Assembly: GCA_016177705.1 (NCBI GenBank)
Contig: JACOUT010000005.1
Coordinates: forward strand, 30,374 to 94,373
Length of the DNA: 64,000 nucleotides
From: Deltaproteobacteria bacterium
GTDB taxonomy: Bacteria; Myxococcota; UBA727; VGSZ01
Direction: 5' to 3'
Part shown: piece by piece, positions 38,348 to 47,769 of the stretch
Numbering within the stretch: the first letter of the stretch is position 1
How the letters are laid out: every line of letters starts with the position of its first letter
Notes under the pieces: model-generated
What the model was told of the DNA's origin: nothing
Seen by the model: only the letters and a program-made list of their open reading frames with translations
Database searches by the model: none
Position numbers and translations under genes: made by a program

Positions 38348-39568
38348 GTGTCCACTGGCAAGAAGCTCGGCCTGCTCGCGACGCTCTACCTGTCCCAGGG
38401 CCTGCCCTACGGCTTCTTCGTCACCGCCGTGCCGGTGTTGCTGCGCAAGCAGGGCTCGTCGCTCGCGCTGGTATCGCTCAGCTCGGTGCTGCTGTTGCCG
38501 TGGGGCTGCAAGCTGTTGGTGGCGCCGTTCGTCGACAAGCACCACGGCAGCCCGCTCGGTGCGCGCCGCGGCTGGATCCTGCCGCTGCAAGTGATGACCG
38601 CGCTGTGCGTGCTGGCGGCCGCGCTCGCCGGTGAGGCGGTCGGTCGCGGCGGCGAGCTGTTGATGGCGGCACTCGCCATCGCCACCGTGCTGACGGCGGT
38701 GCTGGCCGCCACGCAGGACTGCGCCACCGACGGCCTGGCGGTCGAGCTGCTCGAGCACCGAGAGCGCGGGCTCGGCAACGGCGTGCAGGTGGCGGCGTAT
38801 CGGCTTGGCATGATCGTCGGCGGCTCGGCGCTGCTGGTGGTCTTCGACGTCGCCGGCTGGTTGCCGACCTTCGTCGCCATGGCGGCGCTGCTGCTCGTTG
38901 CCACGGTGCCCATCGCGCTGTGGCGCGAGCCCGCCGGTACGCCGCCACCGACGGCGGCAGCGCTCGCCATCTTCCGACGCTTCCTGGCACGGCCGCGCGT
39001 CTGGCCCTGGCTCGCGCTCATCGTGCTCTACAAGGTCGGTGACGCCTTCGGCTCGCCCATGGTCAAGCCGCTGCTGGTCGATCGCGGGTTGTCGCTCGCC
39101 GACATCGGCGTGTTGGTCGGCGGCTTCGGCTCTGCCGCGGCGTTGATCGGCGCGCTGGCAGGAGGCTGGCTCGCCGGGCGTGCCGGGCGCGGCCCCGCCC
39201 TGCTCGGCGCCGGTCTGGTCCACGCGCTCTTGATGGGGGCGTACGCGTTGCCGGTGTACGGCTACGGCGGCACGGCGCTGCTGTCGACGTTGATGGTGCT
39301 CGAGCACCTGACCGGCAGCATGGCCACGGTGGCGCTCTTCACCGTGATGATGGACGCCTCCGACGAGAGCACCGGCGCCACCGACTACACGGTGCAGGCG
39401 AGCGTCATCGTCTGGGCCACCTTCGCCGGCGCGGCGCCCTCGGGCCTGGTGGCGCAGAGCCTCGGCTACGCGGCGCACTTCCTCATCGCCGGGCTGGTGT
39501 GCGCGCTCGGCGCGATCGTGCTTCCCTGGGGCCTGACACGTGGTGCACTGCCGCCACGTGCGCCATGA
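38348..39568 (+). CDS. ampG: MFS transporter, AmpG/muropeptide-permease-like
   Basis: 'LLATLYLSQGLPYGFFVTAVPVLLRKQG' N-terminal signature; 12 TM segments. Confidence 0.7.
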   Translation: MSTGKKLGLLATLYLSQGLPYGFFVTAVPVLLRKQGSSLALVSLSSVLLLPWGCKLLVAPFVDKHHGSPLGARRGWILPLQVMTALCVLAAALAGEAVGRGGELLMAALAIATVLTAVLAATQDCATDGLAVELLEHRERGLGNGVQVAAYRLGMIVGGSALLVVFDVAGWLPTFVAMAALLLVATVPIALWREPAGTPPPTAAALAIFRRFLARPRVWPWLALIVLYKVGDAFGSPMVKPLLVDRGLSLADIGVLVGGFGSAAALIGALAGGWLAGRAGRGPALLGAGLVHALLMGAYALPVYGYGGTALLSTLMVLEHLTGSMATVALFTVMMDASDESTGATDYTVQASVIVWATFAGAAPSGLVAQSLGYAAHFLIAGLVCALGAIVLPWGLTRGALPPRAP

Positions 39569-39806
39569 CGATCGCGATCTAGAGACAGCGTTCGCGGATT
39601 TACGGCGCCGCGCCCGCGTCACGACGCCATGTAGGCGTGGGTGCGCGTGCGCCAAGCACCCGGAAGATCGAGATCACGCACCCTTGATCCGCGTGACGAC
39701 GATCGCCGCGAAGAAAAGCGCCGTCAGGCATGTTTCTCGCTCCGAATCCTTCACGAGCGTCGCGCACGCTCACGACCTGGGCCAACGTGATCCCGCCGGG
39801 GTGCAC

Positions 39807-40002
39807 CATGGCAGAGCCGAATCGGAACCGAGCCCCGCTGCCCGTCGCCCTCGACCGCGACGACGAGCCGACCTCGCCCGACACGCCGGCCGCCCAGACC
39901 GAGTTGGTCGAGGCCATCGAGTGGCTGAAGAAGAAGGGCATCGTCAGCGACTCCAAGCCGCCATTCGCCGGCTTCTACGAAGAGCTGGTCGACGGCGAGT
40001 AG
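39807..40002 (+). CDS. small acidic hypothetical protein
   Basis: Internal ATG of ORF 39730..40002; 64 aa; weak. Confidence 0.25.
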
Positions 40003-40008
40003 CCGAGC

Positions 40009-41322
40009 TCACTCCTCGATGGTCGTGTAGTGCTGCGGCCTCGGCGCCAACGATCCGGCACCGGCGCTGTACTGCTTCCAGCTCACGCTCGGCGCGCCGT
40101 TCTCCACCTTGCGCATGGTGATGCAGCCGGGCACCGGGCACACCAGGCTGCACAGGTTGCAGCCGACGCACATGTCCTCTTTGACCTCGACGAGGCGCTT
40201 GCCGTTCTTGGGCGCGAGCGCGAGCGCCTGGTGCGCGCCGTCTTCGCAGGCGATGAAGCACAGCTCGCAGCCGATGCACTTGTCCTCGTCGATGTGCGCG
40301 CGGATGAAGTGGTTGAGGTCGAGGTTCTCCCACTTCTGGATGCTCGGCACCGCCAGGCCCTGGAAATCCGTCAGACGTGTGTAGCCCTTCTCCGCCATCC
40401 AGTTGGCGAGCCCGTCGATCATGTCCTCGACGATGCGGAAGCCGTAGTGCATCACCGCCGTGCACACCTGCACGTTGGCGCAGCCGACCGCGATGAACTC
40501 GGCGGCGTCCTTCCAGGTGGAGATGCCGCCGATGCCGGAGATGGGCAGGCCCTTCAGCTCGGGGTCGGCGGCGATCGACGAGACGAAGTTGAGCGCGATC
40601 GGCTTGACCGCCGGGCCGCAGTAGCCGCCGTGGCTGCCCTTGCCGGCGACGTTGGGCCGCGGCGCCATCATGTCGAGGTCGACGCCCATCAGCGAGTTGA
40701 TGGTGTTGATGGCGCTGACCGCGTCGGTCTTGGCGCGCTTGGCCGCCTTCGCCGGGTAGGTAATGTCGGCAACGTTGGGCGTGAGCTTGGTGATGACCGG
40801 GATGGTGCTCACCTCTTTCACCCACTCGACGATCTGCTGGCAGTAATCGGGCACCTGACCGACGGCGGCGCCCATGCCGCGCTCGCTCATGCCGTGCGGG
40901 CAGCCGAAGTTCAGCTCGAAGCCGTCGCAGCCGGTCTCGCCATGGGTGCGCTTGACGATCTCGTGCCACACCTCGCGCTTGCTCTCGACCATCAGGGACG
41001 CGATCAAGGAGTGCTTGGGGTAGCGCTTCTTGATGAGCTTCATCTCCCGCAGGTTGTCCTCGATCGGGCGGTCGGTGATCAGCTCGATGTTGTTCAAGCC
41101 GATCAGCTTCTGCGTGCCGGAGTCGATGCCGCCATAGCGCGAGTAGACGTTGACGATGGGCTGGCCGATGGTCTTCCACACCGCGCCACCCCAGCCGCAA
41201 TCGAACGCGCGCGCCACCTGTCCGTAGGTGTTGGTGGGCGGCGCCGAGGCGAGCCAGAACGGGTTGGGCGAGACGATACCCGCGAGGTTGGCGGTGAGAT
41301 CGACGTTGCTGGCAGCGGCCAT
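40009..41322 (-). CDS. preA: NAD-dependent dihydropyrimidine dehydrogenase subunit PreA (DHOD-like FMN domain plus two 4Fe-4S ferredoxin motifs)
   Basis: 'GFELNFGCPHGM', 'CIGCELCFIACEDGAHQA', 'CVGCNLCSLVCPVPGCI'. Confidence 0.9.
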   Translation of the reverse strand: MAAASNVDLTANLAGIVSPNPFWLASAPPTNTYGQVARAFDCGWGGAVWKTIGQPIVNVYSRYGGIDSGTQKLIGLNNIELITDRPIEDNLREMKLIKKRYPKHSLIASLMVESKREVWHEIVKRTHGETGCDGFELNFGCPHGMSERGMGAAVGQVPDYCQQIVEWVKEVSTIPVITKLTPNVADITYPAKAAKRAKTDAVSAINTINSLMGVDLDMMAPRPNVAGKGSHGGYCGPAVKPIALNFVSSIAADPELKGLPISGIGGISTWKDAAEFIAVGCANVQVCTAVMHYGFRIVEDMIDGLANWMAEKGYTRLTDFQGLAVPSIQKWENLDLNHFIRAHIDEDKCIGCELCFIACEDGAHQALALAPKNGKRLVEVKEDMCVGCNLCSLVCPVPGCITMRKVENGAPSVSWKQYSAGAGSLAPRPQHYTTIEE

Positions 41323-41324
41323 GA

Positions 41325-42683
41325 TCAGTGCCCCCTCAGGAAGGTCGAGATGGCGGCGGCGGCGCGCTTGCCGTCGGCGGCGGCGTTGACGATCTCTTTG
41401 CCGCCGTTGACGCAGTCGCCGCCGGCAAAGACCTTGGCGTTGCCGGTGCGTCCAACCTCATCGATGACCACGCGACCGGCGCCGTCGAGCTGCACGCCGG
41501 ACACGCCGCGCAACAGCTCGACCCGCTTGGTCTGCCCGAGCGCCTTGATGACCAAGTCGCAAGGGAGCACGTGCTCGCTGCCGGCGACGGCGCTGACGCC
41601 GCGGCGGCCGCTCGCGTCCGGCGCGCCGAGCGCCATCTTCACGCACGTGAGGCCGGTGACCCGTCCGCCGTCGGCCACGACCTCGACCGGCGCGGTCAGC
41701 CAGTGGAATTCGCAGCCGCTCGCGCGCGCGAGCGCGATCTCGAAGTCGTAGGCCGGCGCCTCGTCTTCCGAGCGCCGATAGACGAAGGCGACGGACGCAG
41801 CGCCGAGCCGCTTGGCCTGCGTGGCGGCGTCGACGGCGGTGTTGCCGCCGCCGATGACCAGCACGCGCGTCGGCGGCGTGAAGGTGCCGTACGGACGCGT
41901 CTTGAGCTGCTCGATGAAGGAGAGCGCGTCGACCACGCCGGCATGTCCCTCGCCCGCGATGCCGAGCGACTGAGTGGCGCCGAGCCCGACCCCGAGGAAG
42001 ACCGCGTCGAAGTCGCGCTCGAGCTGGGCGAACGACAGGTCCGTGCCGACCGTGACGCCGGTGCGTAGCTCGACGCCGAGGTCGAGGATGGTCTTGGCTT
42101 CGGCGAGCGCGGTGTCCGGGCGCAGCTTGTATTGGGCGATGCCGAAGGTGTTGAGGCCGCCGGGTTGCTTGCGCGAGTCGAACATCACCACCGCGTGTCC
42201 CGCGCGGCGCAGCTCCTGCGCACAGGCGAGGCCGGCGGGGCCCGCGCCGACGACCGCGACCTTCTTGCCGGTCGAGGCGCCGGGCGCGAACAGCTTCCAG
42301 CCCTTGGCCAGCACGGCGTCGGTAGCGTGGCGCTGCAGTCGGCCGATGGCGACCGGCCGGCGCTCGGACTGGTTCATCACGCAGGAGCCCTCGCACAAGA
42401 CCTCGACGGGGCAGGCGCGCGCGCACGAGTGGCCGAGCGGGTTGGCATCGAGGATGACGCGCGCGGCACCCTTGAGGTTGTCGTTGGCGATCTTCTTGAT
42501 GAAGGACGGCACGTCGATGTGCGTGGGGCACGCGATGGTGCAGGGCGCGTCGTAGCAGTAGAGGCAGCGCGCCGACTCGGCCACGGCTTCGCTGTCGGTG
42601 AGCGCGGGGTGCAGCTCGGCGAAATTGTGCGCGATGTCGGCAGCAGAGAGCGGCGCGCCGGCGCCGGCGGTGCGGAGACTCAT
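41325..42683 (-). CDS. preT: dihydropyrimidine dehydrogenase subunit PreT (GltD-like NAD(P)H oxidoreductase)
   Basis: 'CLYCYDAPCTIACPTHIDV', 'VAVVGAGPAGLACA', 'VLVIGGGNTAVD'; 2-nt gap to preA. Confidence 0.9.
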   Translation of the reverse strand: MSLRTAGAGAPLSAADIAHNFAELHPALTDSEAVAESARCLYCYDAPCTIACPTHIDVPSFIKKIANDNLKGAARVILDANPLGHSCARACPVEVLCEGSCVMNQSERRPVAIGRLQRHATDAVLAKGWKLFAPGASTGKKVAVVGAGPAGLACAQELRRAGHAVVMFDSRKQPGGLNTFGIAQYKLRPDTALAEAKTILDLGVELRTGVTVGTDLSFAQLERDFDAVFLGVGLGATQSLGIAGEGHAGVVDALSFIEQLKTRPYGTFTPPTRVLVIGGGNTAVDAATQAKRLGAASVAFVYRRSEDEAPAYDFEIALARASGCEFHWLTAPVEVVADGGRVTGLTCVKMALGAPDASGRRGVSAVAGSEHVLPCDLVIKALGQTKRVELLRGVSGVQLDGAGRVVIDEVGRTGNAKVFAGGDCVNGGKEIVNAAADGKRAAAAISTFLRGH

Positions 42684-42785
42684 GGGGCCTTCTCGGACGG
42701 CGCCACCTCGAGGTCAACCGGGACGCGCGCGGCGCGCTGCGGCGGCGAGGTGCGCCGCGGCGGCACCCTGGGGTAGACCTGCCCG

Positions 42786-44150
42786 GTGCTGGTCCCGCTC
42801 TCGTCCTTGCTGATGGTCGGTTGGCTCGCCGCTGCGCCCGGCATCTCCGAGGTCGTGCGCACCAAGAGCGCCAACGCAACCTTCACCGACGCGTTCGAGC
42901 TGCGCTTGGTGGACGGCAAGATCTGGTGGCGCCCGCGCTCGACGACCGCGTCGGCGCTCGAGCCATGGACGCTGTTCCCCAAGGACGGCGTGCCGACGCC
43001 GCCGAGCAAGCTCGCGGCCGTCAAGGAGCGGCTCGGCCTGCGCGGCACCGTCCGCGCCGGCGCCTTCGATGCGGCCGCGCGCCTCGTCGCCATCGCGGCC
43101 GACGGCGACGATCTGGTCGCCGTCGACGAGCGGCAGCGCGTCTACACCACCCGCCTCGACCGGGTGCGCTGGTCCGATCGGTTCGCGCCCGGCCCACGCG
43201 GCGCGCCCTTGCGCGTGCCGAGCGGATCCCGGATCGCGATGAGCGTGCGTCGCCAGCCCTACCTCGACGTTGACGGCAACGCCCACGCGCCCGATGGCGA
43301 GGTCGCGACGCTGTACGCGCTCACCAGCGACGGCGCGCGTCTCTTGTTCAGCGACCGTCGAGACAAGAACCGCCTCGAGGACGAGCTGTGCTTGCCGGAG
43401 CGCGGCGCGTTTCGCGGCGCTGCGCTGGCGGCCACCGCGTCGACCGTCGCCGTGCTTGACGACGCCGGACGCGTGTTCACGCGGCTCGCCGACTACGACA
43501 GCCTCGGTCACGACGGGCACGCGTTCTACTCGTGGCGCCGCGAGCGCCGCACCGGCGCGCGCAGCGAGGTGCGCTCGTTGCCGCCCGAGCCGTGGCGCGA
43601 GCAGCCGCCATTGCCCGGTCCGTTCGCGCGTGAGCTCACGGTGCTGGCCGCCGGCCCGAGCGCGGGCGCGCGCGAGCTGCGCGTGCCGACCGACGGTGGC
43701 TACTTTCACAAGCCGATGCAGGGCGGCGCTTGGGCCAAGGTGGTCACGGGGGTCGCCCGCCACGACGTGGCACCGGCCGCCGCGCTACCGACACGCGGGC
43801 CGAGGCGGACCAAGATGCTTCCCGGCGCCATTTGGCACGGCGCGAGCACGAGGCTGCAGCAGTTCGATCCGGTGTGCCCGCCGGCCGAGGTGGTGGTCGA
43901 GCGCGACGGCGAGCGTGTGATGCTCGAGTTGTGGATGCGCGAGAACCTCGAGCGCCTGGCGCACGGCCGAGAGCTGTCGGGCGCGCTCGTGCTGCCGGCG
44001 TCGGCGAAGGGCGCGCTCGCCACCGACCTGCGCGCGCTGCTCGGCGACACCACGGTCGAGGTCAAGATCGACATCGACGAGCGGCGCGTCTCCGTGCGCT
44101 CCGCCAACCGCACCCGCTCCGAGCCGCGACTGAACTTCACGCGCCGTTGA
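42786..44150 (+). CDS. secreted hypothetical protein
   Basis: Hydrophobic N-terminus 'MLVPLSSLLMVGWLAAAPG'; 454 aa. Confidence 0.55.
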   Translation: MLVPLSSLLMVGWLAAAPGISEVVRTKSANATFTDAFELRLVDGKIWWRPRSTTASALEPWTLFPKDGVPTPPSKLAAVKERLGLRGTVRAGAFDAAARLVAIAADGDDLVAVDERQRVYTTRLDRVRWSDRFAPGPRGAPLRVPSGSRIAMSVRRQPYLDVDGNAHAPDGEVATLYALTSDGARLLFSDRRDKNRLEDELCLPERGAFRGAALAATASTVAVLDDAGRVFTRLADYDSLGHDGHAFYSWRRERRTGARSEVRSLPPEPWREQPPLPGPFARELTVLAAGPSAGARELRVPTDGGYFHKPMQGGAWAKVVTGVARHDVAPAAALPTRGPRRTKMLPGAIWHGASTRLQQFDPVCPPAEVVVERDGERVMLELWMRENLERLAHGRELSGALVLPASAKGALATDLRALLGDTTVEVKIDIDERRVSVRSANRTRSEPRLNFTRR

Positions 44151-44155
44151 TCCGG

Positions 44156-45274
44156 TCAGCGCCGGGCAGGCTCGAGCTTCGGCCCGCGTAGCTCGGTGTA
44201 CGACGACGCCGCCAACAGCAGGTCACCGTCCGGCGACAGGCTGACGCGCCCGTCGCCGCCCACCGGGCCCGCCCTGGCGCCGTGCGGCAGCGTCCAGCGC
44301 GCGGCCACCGGGGAGCCGGTGACCAGCAGCGTACCGTCGCGCGCCAGCGCGATCGAGCGCGTACGACCGCCGACGTCGATGGCGGCGGTGCGTTCGGCGG
44401 AGTCGACGCGCCACACCTCGGCGCGTCCGTCGAATGCGAAGGCGACGCGTTGGCCATCGGCGGTAATGGCCGAGGCGCAGCCGATCCGCTCGCTCACTTC
44501 CTTGGGCGTGAGGCGCGCGGGGAAGCGGAACAGCTCGTTGCCGCGCTCGGCGTCCCACACGACGGCGACGCCGTCGGGGCCGAGCACCGCGATCACCAAC
44601 AAGCCGTCCGAGTGGAAGGCGACGTCGCGCAACGGGCGATCGACGGCCGGCGAGCGCCACAGCGGCACGCCGGTGCCGGCGTCGAGCACCACCGCGAAGC
44701 CGCGTCGCAGCAGCTCCTCGATCAACACGTCGCCGACGACGAGACGGCCGCCGTCGGGCGCGAAGGCGATGGCAGTGACGGCGTGCAGCGACGCGGTCCA
44801 GGCCAAGCTGCCCTTGGTGGTGTCGTAGACGCGCACCTCCGGGTGGCCATGGCTCGCCACCGCCAAGCGTGCGCCGTCGGGGGAGAGCGCGATGCGATCG
44901 GGCACGCCGACCTCGGTGACGCGCAGCACCAGCGCGGCGTGCTCGCCGCGGCGCACCGGCGCGAGATCCCAGACGTGGACCTTGCCCTCGGACGACGTCG
45001 CCAGCCAGCGACCGTCCCTCGAGAAAGCGGAGGCCACCAGCGAGAACTCACCGGCCGCGCGGGCGACACCGGCCGGCGCGCGCTTCGACCGGCGACGCGC
45101 CGCCGGCTTGCGGCGCACGCCGGCTTTGGCCTTGGCCTTCGTTGTGGCCTTGGCCTTGATCTTGGTCTTCTTGCGGGCCACCGGCTTCGCGCGCACCTTC
45201 GCGCGGGCGCGTGGCTTTGGCTTCGCCCTCTTGCGGGTCTTCGCCTTCGCCGTCTTCTTCTTGCGGGACGCCAT
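44156..45274 (-). CDS. WD40-repeat protein with Lys/Ala-rich (histone-H1-like) N-terminal tail
   Basis: 'MASRKKKTAKAKTRKRAKPKPRARAKVRAKP...' then WD-like blades ('VHVWDL', 'VRVYDT', 'VAVVWDA'). Confidence 0.7.
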   Translation of the reverse strand: MASRKKKTAKAKTRKRAKPKPRARAKVRAKPVARKKTKIKAKATTKAKAKAGVRRKPAARRRSKRAPAGVARAAGEFSLVASAFSRDGRWLATSSEGKVHVWDLAPVRRGEHAALVLRVTEVGVPDRIALSPDGARLAVASHGHPEVRVYDTTKGSLAWTASLHAVTAIAFAPDGGRLVVGDVLIEELLRRGFAVVLDAGTGVPLWRSPAVDRPLRDVAFHSDGLLVIAVLGPDGVAVVWDAERGNELFRFPARLTPKEVSERIGCASAITADGQRVAFAFDGRAEVWRVDSAERTAAIDVGGRTRSIALARDGTLLVTGSPVAARWTLPHGARAGPVGGDGRVSLSPDGDLLLAASSYTELRGPKLEPARR

Positions 45275-45432
45275 GGCCGCCTCGTCGCTGGTGGTGGGCG
45301 CACGGTACTCTGGACCGCCCGCAACGCAACGGGGTCGCCGCGGCGGCGTGGGAATCGGCTCTCACGTCGATCGTCTTGCACCGGCCCCAAACGCCGCCTA
45401 GCCTCGCGCGCGGTCCGCCAGGGGAACCGCCG

Positions 45433-46287
45433 ATGTCGACGCCGCGAAACACCATGGTCTCCCCCCGCCCCCATCGCGCGGTGGTCGCCGCGTTGCTCTG
45501 CTCGGTGCTCGGCTGCGCGCGCGCGGCCGACGCTGCCGAGCTGTCGCCATCGACGTTCGCGACGTTGACCAGCGTCATCACCGTCGCGCTCGGCCGCCAC
45601 GAGAATCTCGACGTGCTCTCCTCGTCCGATGTGCGGCGCGCCGTCGAGCTCGAGGGCGACAAGCGCGCGCTCGGCTGCGCGGAGCAGACCTCGTGCCTGG
45701 CCGAAGTCGCGGGCGCCATGGGCGCTCGGCTGGTGGTGTTCGGTCAGCTCGGCGACCTCGACGGCGAGCTGGTGCTGACGCTCAACCTCTATGACTCGCA
45801 GTCGGCGAGCGCGGTCGGCCGAGCGCTCGAGCGCGCCCCCGACTCGCGGCGCTTGGCGGCACAGCTCGAAGGAGCCGTCGACCGGCTACTCGCGCGCACG
45901 CTCTCCTCGCTCAAGGCGGGCGAGCGCCTGCGCATCCTGGTGCTCGACCTCGAGCCAGGCGCGCCGACAGCAGCGCCTGGGCCTGCCGAGGCGGCGGCCG
46001 CGACCACCTCGTCCGACGAGCCAACTCCCTGGCTGCTTTATGGCGCGGGCGCCACCGCGGGCGTCGCGGCGCTGGCGGTCGGCGTTGGTGCCGTGCTCGG
46101 CGGACTCAACGTCGCGGAGCTCGATGCCGGCGCCAAGGAGCCGCTCGCGAAGAAGGCGCTGGAGCACGATCAGGCGGCGCAGGTGCTCGGCCTCGGCGCC
46201 AACGCCTCCTTCCTCACGTCTGCGGCCGCGCTGGTGGTCGCCGCCAGTCTCGGCGCTGCGCACCTCGTCGTCGGAGGGCCGGAATGA
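45433..46287 (+). CDS. module partner (copy 2), paralog of 5602..6381
   Basis: ATG near 45433: 'MSTPRNTMVSPRPHRAVVAALLCSVLGCARAADA'. Conserved 'LGCAEQTSCLAEVAGAMGARLVVFGQLGDLDGELVLTLNLYD'. C-terminal zipper 'GAGATAGVAALAVGVGAVLGG...SAAALVVAASLGAAHLVVGGPE'. Confidence 0.65.
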   Translation: MSTPRNTMVSPRPHRAVVAALLCSVLGCARAADAAELSPSTFATLTSVITVALGRHENLDVLSSSDVRRAVELEGDKRALGCAEQTSCLAEVAGAMGARLVVFGQLGDLDGELVLTLNLYDSQSASAVGRALERAPDSRRLAAQLEGAVDRLLARTLSSLKAGERLRILVLDLEPGAPTAAPGPAEAAAATTSSDEPTPWLLYGAGATAGVAALAVGVGAVLGGLNVAELDAGAKEPLAKKALEHDQAAQVLGLGANASFLTSAAALVVAASLGAAHLVVGGPE

Positions 46288-46793
46288 GAATCGTGGCGCT
46301 GCTGGCGTCGATGATCGCGCTCGGCTCGTGCTTCGGCCGCGTCGACCTCGAGGGCAAGCAATGCGGGGCCGACGAGGACTGCGGCGACGGCTACGTGTGC
46401 CGCGACGAAGTCTGTCGCGCGACCGGTGAGGGTGAAGGCGAGGGTGAAGGCGAGGGTGAAGGCGAGGGTGAAGGCGAGGGTGAAGGCGAGGGTGAAGGCG
46501 AGGGTGAAGGCGAGGGTGAAGGCGAGGGTGAGGGCGAGGGTGAGGGCGAGGGTGAAGGTGAAGGTGAGGGCGAAGGCGAGGGTGAGGGTGAAGGCGAGGG
46601 TGAGGGTGAAGGCGAGGGTGAGGGCGAGGGCGAAGGTGAACCGCCCGCCACCGTGCTGCTGGCCGGCATCGAGTCCGGCGGCGGCATGGTCCAAACCGCG
46701 GGGGGCGAGCTGCGGCTCTTCGCGGGCGGCCTGGAGATGCCCACCAGGGCGTGCAGCGGTGTTGTGTGTTTGCTCGGAGGGATCGCGCCATGA
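46284..46793 (+). CDS. lipoprotein: signal/lipobox, Cys motif, ~36x(GE), short tail (copy 2 of the module)
   Basis: ATGA overlap with the partner; 'MRIVALLASMIALGSCFGRVDLEGKQCGADEDCGDGYVCRDEVCRATGEGEGE...'. Confidence 0.7.
   Translation: MRIVALLASMIALGSCFGRVDLEGKQCGADEDCGDGYVCRDEVCRATGEGEGEGEGEGEGEGEGEGEGEGEGEGEGEGEGEGEGEGEGEGEGEGEGEGEGEGEGEGEGEGEGEGEGEGEPPATVLLAGIESGGGMVQTAGGELRLFAGGLEMPTRACSGVVCLLGGIAP
46424..46640. repeat. GE-coding microsatellite containing a perfect 12-bp unit 'ggcgagggtgaa' x~9
   Basis: 'gaaggcgagggtgaaggcgagggtgaa...' read directly. Confidence 0.9.
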
Positions 46794-47734
46794 GGCTGGT
46801 CATCAACGTCTCGAACACCTTGCTGCGCCGCGCGCTCGGCGCCGCTGCCATCAGCGGCCTGCTCGCGGGCGCGTACTTCATCGGCAGCGCGCGCGCCGAT
46901 GGCATCCCGACCGGCAACGCCATCTTCTATTCGGGCCTGCTCGAGGAAAGCGGCGTGCCCGCCGAGGGTGATCGGTCCGTCGTTATTCGCCTGTTCGACG
47001 CGCCCTCGGCTGGCACCGAGCGCTGCACCACCACACTGACGGCGACGTTCACGGCCGGTCGCTTCCGCGTGCCGCTGGTCGGTGCGTGCACGGCCGCCAT
47101 CCACACCTACGCCGATCTGTTCGCCGAGGTGAGCGTGGGCGTCTACACGCTGCCGCGCACCAAGCTCGGCGCCGTTCCCTACGCCGTCGAGGCCGAGCGT
47201 GCGACGCAGGCACAGGTGGCCGACGACGCCAACCTGCTCGGCGGCTCGGCGCCGAGCGCGTTCGCGACTGCCGCGCACAATCACGACACCGGCGCCATCA
47301 CCAGCGGCACCTTGCCGATCAACCGCGGCGGCACCGGCATCAACACCGTCACCGGCAATGCCAACCGCGTGCTCGGCGCCAACTCCGGCGGCACCGGCTA
47401 TGAGCTGAAGGCGATCAACGGCACCTCGGGCCAGATCGCGGTCACGCAGGCACCGGGCGCCGTCGCGCTCAGCCTGGCCGCCGGCGTGCCGCGCGGCTGC
47501 TCCTATGAGAGCAATTCGACCGCCACGCAGCAGACGCAGGTGACCTGCCCAGCCGGCAAGTACGTCGTCGGTGGCGGCGGCGCCTGCGCGCCGAGCAACG
47601 ACCAGGGGCAAGCGACGGAGAACCGTATGAAGTACACGCGGCCGCTGAGCAACCGCACCGGCTGGGAGACCATCTGCACGGTCACCGACGGGTCGAAGTC
47701 GACGTACTCGTATGCGATCTGCTGCACCGAGTGA
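46790..47734 (+). CDS. secreted Gly/Thr-rich fibre-like protein with Cys-rich C-terminal knob
   Basis: ATGA overlap with 46284..46793; signal 'MRLVINVSNTLLRRALGAAAISGLLAGAYFIGSARA'; 'SGTLPINRGGTGINTVTGNANRVLGANSGGTGYELKAINGTSGQIAV'; C-terminus 'CPAGKYVVGGGGACAP...YAICCTE'. The sequence line numbering and the ORF track disagree by 1 nt here. Confidence 0.55.
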   Translation: MRLVINVSNTLLRRALGAAAISGLLAGAYFIGSARADGIPTGNAIFYSGLLEESGVPAEGDRSVVIRLFDAPSAGTERCTTTLTATFTAGRFRVPLVGACTAAIHTYADLFAEVSVGVYTLPRTKLGAVPYAVEAERATQAQVADDANLLGGSAPSAFATAAHNHDTGAITSGTLPINRGGTGINTVTGNANRVLGANSGGTGYELKAINGTSGQIAVTQAPGAVALSLAAGVPRGCSYESNSTATQQTQVTCPAGKYVVGGGGACAPSNDQGQATENRMKYTRPLSNRTGWETICTVTDGSKSTYSYAICCTE

Positions 47735-47769
47735 GCGTGCGCCGCGTGACGATGTAGTGGCGAATCGAG

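Noticed and set aside
39569-39806. Possible structured RNA or tRNA in the ampG–preA intergenic region
   Set aside because: I could not find a cloverleaf or any conserved riboswitch-like motif by eye. Only short imperfect repeats ('cgtcacgacg'/'cgtgacgacg') are present.
46424-46640. Could the GE-coding repeats be a CRISPR array?
   Set aside because: The units are 6/12 bp with no spacers, lie inside an ORF in-frame, and no cas genes are present.
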